Shown piece by piece: positions 37,405 to 51,437 of a stretch of 64,000 bases of DNA. The notes beneath the pieces were generated by a model that saw only the letters and a program-made list of their open reading frames with translations, was not told where the DNA came from and did not search any database. The DNA comes from Trichosphaerium sp. ATCC 40318 (taxonomy: Eukaryota; Protista; Tubulinea). Position 1 is the stretch's first letter. Each line of letters begins with the position of its first letter. The position numbers and the translations under genes were made by a program. The stretch is from assembly GCA_038496445.1 (NCBI GenBank), contig JALMLS010000531.1:62001-126000 (forward strand), read 5' to 3'.

Positions 37405-39863
37405 TCACTTATACCCAAGACCTATGGGTCCTTTTAGTACTTGTACTTTTAGTGTAACAACAAACATACCTTGTTTCTTGTGATTGGGTAATACAGTTAA
37501 CGGATCTGATCTGCCTTGGTTTTTAGATCCAATACCTTGACCTCGTTCCCATCCCATCTTAGATAACAGCTTGAATCCTACAGAGGAAAAAGTCAGAGCT
37601 CGACAAAAATAGTTCCATTGTCACGTGATAAAAAAACAAAGCGAAATCCACAAAAGAAAAAGTAAGTTGTTCATAAAACTTATTGTTATCTCATGTTTTA
37701 CGTCGTTCTTTCTGAACAAAAACAGTACGATATAACTTACCAACATTGTTTTTTTGTATTGGAGTATGAACAGATGAAAATTCCTTTGAAGGAACAGTAT
37801 CATGCTTTCGAAAATTATAGTATACATTATACTGCACAGGCTCTTCTTTAACAACTTTTTGTGCGTTCCCATTATTAAGTTTTCGTCGTTTATACTCCTC
37901 TGGCATATAATTTGGATACAGCTTACGCCTTTCAGCTGCTCTATCAGTGTACTTTTTATCTATAAACAGACCTTCATTAAAACAAATCGAAGAAAGAAAA
38001 GAAACCAAAAAAAAAAATCAATTGAATACAACAGTAGGTATTTACCTTGTTCTTCTTCACTACTTTTAATTGCTCCTAACCCAAGAACCCGTTTCAGTCT
38101 CTTATTAAGGGACCAAGCGGACACATTCTGATTATCAGGTACCAAAGAAGTAGGTTCGTCTTCTTGTAGTGCATGCTGTTGATGTGTTGATGCTTCTTCT
38201 TCTGGAATATCGAATTGTATCTTCACTTGTAAGTTGCTCTAAAGATATAAGTACCTATTGCCACCATTTTGCAACTTAATGAAAAGCCTTAAGAACTGAT
38301 TGCAAACATACAGATCCGAATTGAATCAAGTCATGGTTTCGAAGAATATGAGGAGTTTTTGACTTAACACGAGGTAAAGTAACCCTAGTTCCGTTTACAA
38401 ATGTACCTAACAAAACGTGAGTATATTGTTTTATATGCAGATTTAAACAAAAAACCTTGTTGGCGATGCAACCATGAACACTTTTTCAAAAAATAAATAA
38501 AATAAAGCAGTTACCATTTTGAGAACCAAGGTCAACTAGGGTTAAGTAATTTTGAAAATACATAGTCTCCCATATTATTCTAGCATGCTTGGTGCTAACA
38601 CAAACATGTGGTATGCGAATATCGGCTTTCTTAGATCTCCCTGCAAAGAAAAGTCAATTTTCCTTAGTTTGTTTTTAGGCTCTATTAGAAGTCTTTGCGA
38701 TTGTTTTTGTTCAAATTATGGTACCTATAGTAATTGACGATCGTTCTGTAGCATCGGAAGTTTGTGATTTATTCTGATTAGAAGTTGAGCTACCATAAAA
38801 CAAATGTCCTTTTTTTGCTTTTTGCTCAGCTGCTTTTTTTTCACTTTGCTGGTAGTCCTTGCCAACATGATACACTTCATCTGTCGCAACGCCTACAATT
38901 TTTTAGACTTATACGCTACTACATGATAACAAAAATAAAGAATGCAATGTACCATCTTTATATACAACAATATTTACATTAGATGTCACGTGACCATCAT
39001 TAGGCGTTTCTCCAAATTGTGAAAAATCACCAGCACCAAGGAGTTGAGAGCAACTATAAGTAACGTCCTCCCATTCAGAGGTGTGCCTAAACATTCAATA
39101 TTAGTAAACACAGGCTAACAAAAAAAGCTAATTCAGGATTTCACGTTGTTCTTCCGGATTTTGAAGCAATCTCGTACCAATTCCACTTGAAAAGCCTCCG
39201 TGTTTCCCGTTGAAAGTATAGTCCTGTTTCTTTATCATAAAACATACCCAACGAGTGAACAAAATGCAGCCCAACTTCCTCAATAAATTCAACATCTAGA
39301 GCCAGTTTAATACGAAAAGTATTCACTGTTGTGCGTCTTTACGCGTATAGCATGTTGAACGAGATTGTACCTTGTTTTTCTGGCTTTTTTGGCTTGAACA
39401 CCTCGTCCGTTATTTTTTCGTACAGTATTTTGCCGTTTTCGTATGTACTGCCGTCTATGAACGGCATATCCCACCATTCAATTTCAGGTGTTACTTGCTA
39501 ATTAACAAAAACGTTAATAATTGTTCTACTGTATGAAAACGCAGTAGATAGCGCGTAGGAGCGACAATTTAAGTGATATCACAATACCAATTGTAAACTA
39601 CTTAAAAATGGATGCAACATACATACCTTTAATTCTTTGTGTAATTTGAGTAGTTTTGAGAAGTCATCTTCTTCATCTGGCGTGTCAGGTGATTCTTTTG
39701 TCTAGCGGCGTAAATAGTGATTAATCACGCTTTAGATCACCTTTTGAGCCCGTAGAGCAAGTTCTTCTTCATCTGGCTCAGCTGGTGCCTCTCCTTGACA
39801 ATATTGCTCGACAAACGCTCGTTGGTCTGGTGTTATATCATCACTAGGAGCTGGTTCTCCCAT
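37405..39863 (-). CDS. AGGF1-like protein (OCRE + FHA + G-patch), multi-exon
   Basis: OCRE GMFYDKETGLYF; FHA VSTKHARI...VDLGSQNG and GTFVNG; G-patch GFKLLSKMGWERGQGIG...GLGY. Confidence 0.85.
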
Positions 39864-40081
39864 TAAACGTCACTGTGCAATAAAATCACTTAATACGTTT
39901 GTGATGGCTTAAGGCAGTGTTGATTGCGGTAAATGTTCGTAGCACGTGACCAACAGATTTGAAAATAGTTGATAGATACAAAGTTATTAAATTGTAGTTC
40001 GAACGGTTTTGTTTATCATTCCATGAAAGGCTCAGGTAATGAGACAGTTTTCTACTTTAATATTTTTATTGACTATTTCTG

Positions 40082-41788
40082 CTAAGACAATTGTGTCTCA
40101 TCAGGGCTATCTCCATCTTTATCTACATAACCTCCCCTATGCTTACCTTGGCTGCTAGCAACTTTTGCAAGATGTAATTGTTCTTTCAAACCAAGTAATA
40201 CACCTTCAAAGCCTTTTACAGATGCTTCAAGTATACCATATGAAGCAACAGTTTGTGAGTTCGTATTAATACCTTTATACTTATCTTCCAATCTTACAAT
40301 AGCAGCCTCTAGTTTTTTCTCATTATCAAAAATTGCCTTGATTTTCTTTCCTGTTTTAGCCCTAAGTTCATCTTGATTTACCTTGACTTCAAGTTTTTGT
40401 TGTGTAAGAATTTCCAAGACTTCAGTTTTTAAAATTTTAAGTGCTGCAAGTACAGCCTCTTGAGATTCTGTACGAGACTTTGCTAGTTTCTCACCATACT
40501 CCACCTCAATCTCTTGTCGGGCAGATTTAAGCTTCTTATCAAACTGTAATTTTTGTTCCTTTAAAAGCCTCTTTTGTTCTGCTTTTAAAGTATCAACAAG
40601 TTGCTTTGTCTCTTTTTTACTCTCTGCTAGACTTTCTTTTATCCTCCTAGAAACTATCCTTTCACTCTCCTCACGTATCTTTTTAATCTCTTCGCGTAAG
40701 AAAATAGAGTGTTCAGGCGTCATGGTAACTCCTGTAAAGTCACTACTAGCTTCTGATTTTTTCCTCTTCTTAGCTGGACGATGGCTCTTTTTAGCGCTTG
40801 CAACTTGAGGGAACTCCATCTCATAACCATCAGAGTCTACAGACCTTTCATCGTCAGCTACGAATTTATAAGTCTCCAGGAATGAACCAAACAAGCAGTA
40901 TTAATCACGTGCCTTCTTCAGATCGTCGCCGTTTCTTCTTGTTTAGGAAAGGAGTACTTAACCTTTCAGATTTTTGCTTGATCAACTGCTTACGTGGCGT
41001 CTTTGGAGACGTACGCGATTTTTGACTGTCAACAAGTAGGGCTTGTTCGTTGTCATTTATTGGCCCTGAAAAATCTTCAAACAAGTCATGTTCACTCTCA
41101 TCAATCATCTATAAAAAGCTCTAAGCAACCCATCGATAAAAACAGAAAAATAAAATGTTTCATACAGCCAATTCATCGTCTAAGCGCTTTGGTTTTAGTC
41201 CTGAAGTATGTTTTTTCTTTTTTTTCTTATTTGTATTACGCTTACGAGGACTCTTTCGTATTTTGACAATCTTCTTTGGTTTTTTAACCACTTACAAAAA
41301 CAGAAAGTCAACACATTTCCTAGTCGTTTAAAGTACCCATAGGTGATTGATATGGAACAGTTGCTGGCACAGCAGAATGCGACGAGTCAGATGCGGCTCC
41401 ATCATCATCGGACTAATAAATGTCAAAAAAAAGCCAGAGCTGTTGCGTACAAAATCTACATCGTCTGTGCCATTATAAGGTAGAGTTGAAGGAAAAGGAT
41501 CTAAAAATGTTAATAATAAATCATAAAACAATTTTTTTTTATTTTTGAACAAAACGCACTGTCAGAATCACTGTCATCCTCCATCTGTTCTGGAAATACA
41601 TGTGGGTTTTTTCTCCAACTCCTTGCTTCATCTAGAGCAGTCCTAAATATGAGTAAACAAAAGGGGAACTTCAAAAAAGATAAATAAGTGAAATAGAAAA
41701 AAAAAATCTGCGTCACACAAAAGTAAAATGACACGAAATCCCAAAAGCACTTCAATGCCCATGGCACATAATCAAGGTGCGCACGCAT
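40082..41788 (-). CDS. Hypothetical coiled-coil protein with basic NLS-like tracts (5' exons uncertain)
   Basis: 270-aa terminal exon with heptad character plus upstream exon fragments. Confidence 0.5.
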
Positions 41789-42449
41789 AGTAAATCTTTT
41801 CAGTAAAAAAAAAGCCGTTGCGTCTAATGGCAAAAGAGCGCAAGTTTAATTCTAGCGACATCAAAGGAGCAGCGGGGATAAGGTTTCAGGCGTTTTTGGA
41901 TTTATAATCAAAAAATAAGCGTACTTGAAGTTTCTTTGTTTGTTTTTGTTTGCATGGCGCTTAAAGTTTGTTTCAAAGTCTTTAAAGTCCTTTTCAGGCA
42001 ACCAGGCGCTAATAGTTTATTAATTTAAGAACTGTTGTTGGAAAATGATCACAAGGCGTGTAATTGGTGTATTTATCGTACTAGTCGCCAGTTCCGAAGA
42101 AATAAACAAGTGTTTGGTTACTTTTGCCTAAAGTGCGAATTTCTTGCCGTACTTCGTTTTTCTTTGCGACCTAGCGTACAATAAGAGGCTTTCTGCAATA
42201 TTTTCGTGTTTTTACCCGCGCAGGCCACCAAGGGTAACCTTGAACCTTCCCCCACAGCAAAGTACCGGGTTCAAGGCTATCCGACTCCATCTACAATTCT
42301 GTGCGGGAACTAACTTAATTTTGTTAAATCACTCAACCGTTCACATTCTTTTGACCACTTTCTGGGCCCATGGTGCTAATACAGACTACGTCGCTTGTAA
42401 CACCCAAAAAAGGCACACCTCTATTTCTTCAGTGAAAGTTTGCGATTTA

Positions 42450-44493
42450 AACTGGCTTTGAGGTACCTCTACTACACTCAGATGCATCTTGGATCCACTC
42501 CATGAGTCGTACCAGTTGTGTGAGTATCCAGAAAGTCGTCTTCTTGTATGATTAAGGCAATTTTTTATCTTGGTTTAAGCCATTCATACTCGTTTGCCTC
42601 TGATGGAAGTAACAATACCAACGTCAGGCCGATCTGAAGGGAGACATCCAGGTAAAGGAACCAAACCTACTTATTATAATTGTGTTTCTAAATTTATGTT
42701 AGGTCCTACAATCCCACATGTTAATCCAAAAACGTCTTTACAACGAATTTATGACCAGAAAATAGCGTTTGCGATGGCTCGAAACGAAAGACTTGGTGCA
42801 GCTTCGCCAGCTCGCGTATTACCACTAGAAATATTTGTCGCTATTACCAGGTAACCTAAAAACGAGCCTCCGGCTTGCTTCAAAAAACTTGCAAATGCAC
42901 TGCAAAGAAAAATCCGTTAGGTTTCTGCGACCCAGGAAAACATCTTTTATAGTTCTTCTTATGCTCTGTTTTTTTAGCTATTTAGATAGTCCTAAAGGCT
43001 TTCTTATTGGAGGATCTCATGTCTGTAAAGATGATAACTCTCGCTACAACAAAGAGATTGACGCTTGCTCGATATTTGATTTTGAAACAAATACTTGTGA
43101 GGAGATTTCTAAACTACCTCAAGCTAATTGTAGCTGCATGGCATTCGTTTGGAACAGGAAAGTATTTGTATTGGGAGGTATGACCTATAAAGGTACGTCA
43201 GAACATCACGTGATATTTTTTGTAATTTACACTTTGCGAAAATCCTATGATATGCATCTTGAACTTGAAGGAAACTTCAGCTCTTTAGCTACCTAGTGAA
43301 TATCTGTTTTGGACTTCTTTTTGGTTAATTGAGTGTAGGTTGGAAGCAGTTTCCTTTGAATTCTTCATGGATGTACAACCCAATAAAAAACACGTGGACA
43401 AAAGATCCTTTACCACCAATGCTAACAAAGCGCTTTGGCGCAGCAGTATATGCAACTACGACCAAAGTTTATGTTTTTGGTGGCAACTCACAATCTGATT
43501 CTAAGCTCGTGAATCTGAAGGTAATTTTAGTTATTTCTTCTACGCCAAACAACAAACACTTTTTTGTTTGACGTCCTCCACGTGTTTTGGTGGGGTTTGG
43601 TTTTTGTGATCAGTACTAACTTGTGCTCTACGATTTAAGACTAGTGAAGTTTATGACAGTAAAACAAATACTTGGACAGAACTGCCAACTATGAAATATC
43701 CCAAGCCGTATGCTTCCGTAGTACAAAGGGGAGATAAATTGATTGTTTTTGGATGCGCAACAAAAGAGTCTCCAGAAGCTGGCGAAGAAGTGCGTGTGAT
43801 ACTTATAATTTACTACCTTCCATTTACTACTTTGACTACACTTGTGTTTCCTTGTGACGATGACACAAAACTGCTTATTTGAGCTTTGCTTTGTGGTGTT
43901 CACGAACAAACGTCGTCTTTTTTAAACGAGATACTGATTACTCTTAGTATCACATGACAGCTGAACAATTTGATTTGAATACCAATACATGGACTATATT
44001 TAAGCAGCACCCACCCCTATCTCAGTTAATGACACCAATTATACAAGCAGGGTAAGTACTACAATTTTTTGTTTTATTTTAACTTTTTTCCAAAGCCAAA
44101 CACTATGGAGTTTTGGCGGGTATGTCGTTAATGCACATGACTGGGACTCTGGTTGTCCAACGAGTAATTATTCATCGAACGAATGTTGGTATTGTCCCCC
44201 TGGTGAGGATACAAAATGGACAAAAATGACGAACGATCTGGTAAGTCCGACTCTTCTCAAAAGCGAAATAGTTTTGAACTGACATCTCTTGTTAGAAAAC
44301 AGCACGACGTGGGCCCTGTGGTGCAGAGTATAAAGGTAATTTATATGTATTCGGAGGTGCTGGTGGTTATGAGCTAGGTGGATGGAAGCAATTAACATCA
44401 ATTGAAATACTTAGAGAAGGTGCTAACGAATGGGAATATTTACCTTGTAGATTTAAAGAAAAACGTGAAAATTTTGCGTTTGTGATGTATTAA
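42450..44493 (+). CDS. Kelch-repeat protein with an F-box-like N-terminal motif (start uncertain)
   Basis: RLGAASPARVLPLEIFVAI, then kelch blades KVFVLGG, KVYVFGG, EVYDSKTNTWTELPTMKYP and LYVFGG. Confidence 0.8.
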
Positions 44494-44684
44494 GAATAAA
44501 CTACTTTATCATATAGTCACCTATCACTATGAAAATAAAGGTCAAACATCAAAACAATTTACAGTGTAGGATGCTCTTGTAATGAAAACGTTAGCAATGA
44601 AGAAGCTAAAAACAACATCAAGATGTAAACATAGTAGTTGCTTTATTGTTTATTAATTGTTGGATTCCCTTTGGTTTTCTGTGG

Positions 44685-45421
44685 TCACTGTTTTTGCTGT
44701 TTCATCTCCTCTATCTTCGCTTTAAGTTTCTCTAAGCGTTTTAATTCAGGAACACACATGTAGCACCCTAAAGAGCATACAATATCTTGACCTTCACACT
44801 CATTACAAAACGCTAATCTGCATGGCTGACACCAAGTAAAATCATATGTTTCGGTGCCACAATAATCACAGAACCAAAAAGCTGGACCTTCAGTACCATG
44901 AGTATAATACTAGATTAAAGAAGTAGCGTACAAATTGGACACGTGTCACCTACACACTTTTTGAGACTATAGAGACTACAGTTAGAACAAGAAAAGCCAC
45001 TGCATGATATACTATAAGGACAGTCTAGCATTGTTTCTACCTCCCAATTATCATGTTCAAATGTTTGTTTGCAGCGATAGCAGTACCTACATAAATCAGA
45101 TACACAACAATAGTGCAAGATTTAATGTACGTACTTAAAAATAAAACAACACTTCCAAAGGGGCAAATGCTTTCTCCAAACATTTTGCCATTTTGAAACA
45201 CTATTTTCAATAGTATAGAATTGGAATATTTGCTGATATTTTCCTTCCCAGAAGATATCACTACAAAGCAAACCCCTGAATTGCTCGTTTACGCAACTAA
45301 AGCGCTCGAGACTAATTTCGTCCAGATCATCGGTTATCAACATCCACAGCTCTGGGGGTAGTTTTGTAGCGACTAAGGAGGATCTATTGAACGAAGCTCG
45401 TTTTTTAGCTTTAGGTTCCAT
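44685..45421 (-). CDS. F-box protein with Cys-rich C-terminus, 3 exons
   Basis: KLPPELWMLITDDLDEISLERFSCVNEQFRGL; multiple CxxC pairs after splicing. Confidence 0.8.
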
Positions 45422-45859
45422 CGTTTGACTGCTTAGATACTTTTTAGTTTTAATAGGCAACAGAGCTCCTTTATAGTATGTTGAAGAATTGGTTAAATAC
45501 TTTTCTTGACGTTCCTTGTAATCCCCTTAGCCACGCATAGATCAGTTTACACGTAATTACTTGTGTACAATCTGAACACAAATTCCGGGTTTTTTCTGCT
45601 TTTTTGGCATAGCACTTTGTTATCAAAATCCAAGTATACAAGCCTATAGTGGACTTTGAACAGGTATTCCGTTTAGATCGGGTATCACCGTGCCAAGCTC
45701 CATAAAACTAAAAAGTTTGTACAAGTCGCGAGCTCGCGACTTGAGAAACAAATGTTGCGAATAGAATCTAAGCCCAAGAGTAGATTTCATGTTAAGTCAC
45801 TGGATCGCTACCAAAATCAGCAGAAAAAAATACACGTTTCAACGGTGTAACAAGTCACA

Positions 45860-47217
45860 ATGGATTCTTTGAGTGTTTCGATAGAACAAGTGCTGACGTA
45901 TTATCGCAATAACCATTCAGATGTTTTCAATACACTTACAACGAATAACAACGAGACATTAATAAAACAGCTTGAGAAGGTTCTAAAAGCATCAAATACT
46001 AGTTTAGCACAACAATTGGATCAAGTTCTCTTTAAACACGCAGATAGTGACATAAACATAAAGAACCAGCATACAAGGCATTCTGAGGGCGTAATTTTAC
46101 CCAAACATAAGCAAACAAAGAAGTACGTCTGAGTAACTACAGAACATACCTCAAGTTCCACTTGTACTTACTTATTAAACTCAGAAAAACTAATAAGGTG
46201 GTGGCACAGAAAGAAGTTAATTTTCTTGACTTTCCACCAGAGATTATTTCAAGCATTATTTCGTATGTACAAGATAGATTCAGTACTGCTCAAACATGTT
46301 GTTTGCTGGCTGATATCATTCATGATGTTGTTGGATATCAACATGCTTATTTACACAATGTTCAAGATATATTAAAGATACGACAGTACAAGGGCATTAT
46401 GAACAACACCGAAATTATATTATGTGGTATGGAACAAAACACATTATATTCAATGTTGTTTGGGTGTTGTAAGATCTCAGCACATCGTAGTAAAATCAAT
46501 GATAGTGATCTTAAAGCACTCAAAGGAGTACATACCATTGACCTTGGTAGTTGTAGAAAAGTGACTGATGAGGGTATCAAACAACTTGCTGGAGTTTATA
46601 ACATTGACCTTGGTTTCACTACAGTTGAAGATGAAGGAATAAAAGCACTTGCAGGTGTTCATACCATTAACCTTTCTTTTACTTCTGTGACAGACAAAGG
46701 TATCAAAGCATTGAAGGGCGCACACACTATTGGGCTCTATTATTGCAAACAAATAACAGATGAAGGCATATCAGCACTTGCAGGTGTATCTGACATTGAA
46801 CTTGGATACACCAATGTCACAGCCAAGGGTCTCAAAACTCTCAAAGAGGCAAATGTAATTGGCCTTGAGGGTTGTGAACATATTACAGATGAAGGAATTA
46901 TAGCACTTAAAAATGTTCATTCTATCAACCTGAATGATACTTTAGTAACAGATGCAGGTCTTAAATATCTCACAAATGTCCATACGATCAGTCTTTGTGG
47001 CTGTCTCAAACTAACAGATGAGGGAATCAAAACACTAAACGGTGTTCATAAAATTGATCTTACAGACACTTCAGTATCAGATGAAGGTATCAAAGCACTT
47101 AAAAATGTGCATACTATTTCCCTTTGTGACTGTCACAATATAACAGACGAGGGTGTTAAAGCACTTACAGGTGTACATATACTTGATATTAGTGGTACTT
47201 CAATATCAAAGAAGTGA
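45860..47217 (+). CDS. F-box/LRR protein, paralogue of 23762-25456; one 5' intron
   Basis: FLDFPPEIISSIISYV F-box; about 11 repeats of GVHTIxLxx(C)xx(I/V)TDEGIKAL. Confidence 0.85.
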
Positions 47218-47736
47218 CTAAGCATGGAGCGCATGTATAAAGTAGACCTTTACAATAACATTTTAATTACTTACAGGTATGTATAGTAAATCTGTCAACG
47301 GAAGGAGATAGTATACAAACCAAGGACATACATATTTCTAACGAATTGTAATAAAATCACTTGATACAAAATTAGGTCAACTTCTGACTTTGCGGTAAAA
47401 AGTAGCACGTGATTTATTATTTCACGCCCTTTCTCGAAGAAAAAAGATTTCACTTAAAACTTGCTACTATCTCGTCGTGTCGCACTAGCATAAAAGAAGG
47501 CGTGTAACCACGCTTAGAGCGTTTTCATTAAAAAGAAAATAGGACTAGTGAAAAAGCCTAATTAATGCTGCTGAAACTCATTTACAACTTCATATCGCGA
47601 AATTCGTGGACGTGTATCTAAGTGTGTATCGAGAAGCAAAGTTGGTTCGCATCATTCTTGTTTCACTGACTTGAAAAAAATCAAAATCAATAACAACCAA
47701 CACACAACAACTCAACTCGCAAGCAATACAAATCAA

Positions 47737-48719
47737 ATGTCAAAACAAAGATCAACAACTGGAAACAAAAACAAGACAACAAAACGTGTTACTCAAAAGA
47801 AGAAACCAGCAAAACCAAAACCAACAGAGAAACAACTTAGAATGAGAGAAGAAGCCAAACAACGAAAACAACAAATGCTTCAAAAGAAGGCTCATGGAGA
47901 GAAAGTGTACGTTCTTGATTCATCTCTTTTGTATTCTAACTTTGTGATAGTACAAAGAAACCCTCCGTTAAGCCTGCAACTGTTGGAGGGGGTGTCGGAG
48001 GAACATTCATGAAGTCGTTGCGTAAGTTCTCATTCTTGTGGAATATATTCTAACAGTTTATGATAGCAAAACCTTGTGGCGTTGCTGGCTTGGGTCCATG
48101 TGTCGGAATCATCAGCCCAAATCCAAATGGTACAAATTATTGTGCGCATATCAGCGATTCTTGCTCAATGAAGACATGGTGGACAACATACGACAAGGTT
48201 CAAAAAGCAGTCAGAACTGCATGGATTGAAGAAAAAATCAAATCTGGTTTAGGTACGTTACTATTTGCTTTGTACTATTTGATCGTGATGTATGACTCAC
48301 CCTCTTGTCTAGGAAATCATCCGATCAGCAAAAGAACGTTTTACGTGATGACAGGAATGCCAAAAGCCAACGCAACACTTGCAGCAGTACTTGAGGTATT
48401 GAAGGGCGCTCACAAAGTGATCAACAAAACAGGATCTCAAGGGTTTAAAAGTGGATTCTACTTGGATTCCAAAGGTTCTATTCATCCGCTTGTTGAGCCT
48501 GATGCACTTTGGGCATGTGGTTGGGGTAAAGACACAAAACAAGCACAACGATACAAGAAGATGCCAAATAACAAGATAAATGGAGATGGCGTATTCGAAG
48601 TACCTGATATGAAAAAGTTTGATACAGTTGTTTCACAAGTTCGTAAAGCAAAGAAGGGTTTGGTCAGCAAAGATGATCCAGCACTCAAGAAATTCAGAGC
48701 TACATTAGCGAAGGTATAA
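47737..48719 (+). CDS. Hypothetical protein with basic N-terminus and CheD/CNF1-like Cys-His motif
   Basis: Spliced frame is open; GVAGLGPCVGIISPNPNGTNYCAHI resembles CheD LGSCV...AH. Confidence 0.55.
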
Positions 48720-49206
48720 TCCTAAGGTATCTCCTTTTTCTTTGCACTGCAATCCTTGTACAGTCTCTTGTTGAATAAATAAAAAGTTTGCTCGACCACG
48801 TTCTTAGGTTAGATTGGATTTTTTTCATTCAGGTTTACTATCAATTAAGTGCAACATTTAGCATGAGTCAAAATAGTGGTTTGTAACTGCCAATATTAGC
48901 TGGATTATGAGGAAAAACTTTGGCAAAAAAAAGCAGAATATAACAGGAATTTGTGCCTTCAGATGTACACCCTAAATACGTGTATCTCTGCACATGTAGG
49001 GGTTACAAGGACCCGTGTTGAAAAGCATTTGATAAATTCTTCACCTAGTTACAATAAAAAACTGGAAATTTGCAGTCTGAGTCAATTCTAATTGCTCAAT
49101 CATTAGTGTTTTTTGAGATTCTTTCCCTTCTCAATTTCGGACTACCACTCACTTGTAAATCTTGTAGTTGACTGATTTTTACTGTTACAATTGTTTGATA
49201 CATTCT

Positions 49207-49933
49207 CTAGCTGAGCAGCGCTATTATTGATGAATCCTTCGCTAGATCTGCAGGTACTAAGCCTTTATTATCTAAAGACGTCTTTAATGATGGATCCTCG
49301 TTCAGCAGCACTTTACAAACTTCTATTCCTCCGCGCATTGCGGCTTTGTGTAGAGAAGTATGGCCGTCATTGTCTAAAGCAACTAAGCGTACGGCAAGTT
49401 TGATATGGAGTGACGTGACACGCCACGAAGTGTTTGGTGTCCTTCGTACGTACCTTTGAACCCGGGATCAGCTTTGTTTCTGAGTAATAGCTTTACAATA
49501 TCTAAATTACCACTGAAAGCTGCTCTGTGTAATGGTGTTGCGTTGCCACCCTTCGTGCCAATATTAACTTTGGCACCAGCGGTCAAAAGCCACTGACAAA
49601 CATCCAAGTCGTTCCTTCGTGCCGCGTAATGAAGCTGTAACAGTTTTAGTCCATTGTACGTGTGTTTACTCTTCATACCGCTGTGTAACCGAAATCATCT
49701 TGTTGATTAACGTCTTTACCTTTTGATAGGGCTTCTCTCACCTTTCGTTTATCCCCAGAGCTGGCGTAACCTCTATTCATTTAATTTTTAATAATCCGTG
49801 CTTATTACTCTACCACGTACACCAGAGTGCGTAGGAAATCCATCTCTTCAAGTGATTGGGTTCCAGTGGTTGGATCAAGTGGTTCTTCTTCATCTCCTGA
49901 GCCATGATCGTCCTTAGCTACGAATACCTTCAT
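49207..49933 (-). CDS. Ankyrin repeat protein, ANKRD39-like
   Basis: QSLEEMDF N-terminal signature; repeats GYTALHYAAR, ATPLHRAAFSG and GHTSLHKAA. Confidence 0.85.
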
Positions 49934-50017
49934 TGTTTACTTCGTTTAAAACAAAGACACTGCTTTCAGCAAAAACTGACTGTTGACTTTTACGTTTTTC
50001 GTCAAACACGCCTAAGA

Positions 50018-51437
50018 ATGAGTGATAGTTCACCACATCCAGTTTATGATTTTTTCACAAAGGTACGAGCAGTTTAAACGTATAAGCTCACACTAGTACA
50101 GAACAAGGCAGTAAAAATCGGCACAGTAGCCTTCTTTGGCCTGTGTATCGTTGGGGCACAAGTAGCGTTCCAATACAGTGCGAATTACAATTTTACTCTA
50201 ACAAGAAGCTAACACGTGGAAAGGGGCCATGAAAGAGACTTTACCATTAGATGAGATTGATTACGACCCTATTCTCGAAAGTACGAGCTCAATTCTGTTT
50301 ATCGCTAACAAAACATAAGAACTCAAGTCTGCTGAGCGTCCACAAGTATTTTTTGATGTCTCAGCCAATTCTCGCCCTCTTGGACGTATCATTATGGAGG
50401 TGCCATTAACTCACTTGCCAAAACAGCTTATAAACACTACCAATACTCAATTAATGCGTCTAATGCGTTTTTTAGCTTTACAATGATGTTACTCCGTACA
50501 CTACAGAAAACTTTCGTTGTTTATGCACAGGAGAGCGCGGAATAGGCGCAAAAGGAGTACCACTACATTACAGAGGTAATTACAGTAACTTGAATAAAAA
50601 TAAATCAACATTTTGACACTTACTTTTTGACAGGCAGCATCTTTCACCGCATCATCCCTAGCTTTGTATCCAAACACATCATTTTATATCCATACCTAAC
50701 AAGAAATTATTCTCTTTGACGTATAGATGATACAAGGAGGTGATATCACACGTGGTGATGGGCATGGAGGGGAATCCGTACGTTTATGAGTTGTAAATTC
50801 GTGGGTAAAGCGTGAAAAATCTATTCGAACTCGTTCAAATCCTACACTGGTTTTTCCCTCGCGCGTTGAAAAGCATACTTATTTTATACGCGTAATCGTA
50901 AGGTCATTCTGTGGAAAAAATAGGATTTAAGTGAAGAACTGTATTCCCGTTTTTGCTTTGTTTCTTTTTTTACTCGCACGTGATCTTTTTCGTAATATGG
51001 CATTAGATCTTTGGTGAACACTTTCCAGACGAAAACTTTGCTAAGAAGCACGACAGGCCTGGTCTTTTATCAATGGCAAATGCAGGAAGAAATAGTACGT
51101 TACTTATAAATAATTTAGCTGTTGGATGAGTTTCGGATTTTTTTTCTCATTTCCTTTAGCAAACGGCTCTCAATTTTTTATCACAACAGTACCTACACCA
51201 CATTTGGATGGTAAACATGTTGTTTTTGGAGCAGTCACATCAGGTATTGACCAAAAAGAAACAAAAGTTTGTGTTGTTAACACACCAACAATAGGTATGG
51301 AAGTTGTGAAGCAAATTGAACAGCGTGGATCTCGTACTGGTATGCCTCTAGAGAATATTATCATTGATGATTGTGGGCAATTACCAGCAACTATTGTTGA
51401 TTCAACAGAACTTACCACTGATGCTACAGCGGAGTAG
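50018..51437 (+). CDS. Cyclophilin-type peptidyl-prolyl isomerase with N-terminal hydrophobic segment, multi-exon
   Basis: [54 protein letters not shown]. Confidence 0.95.
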
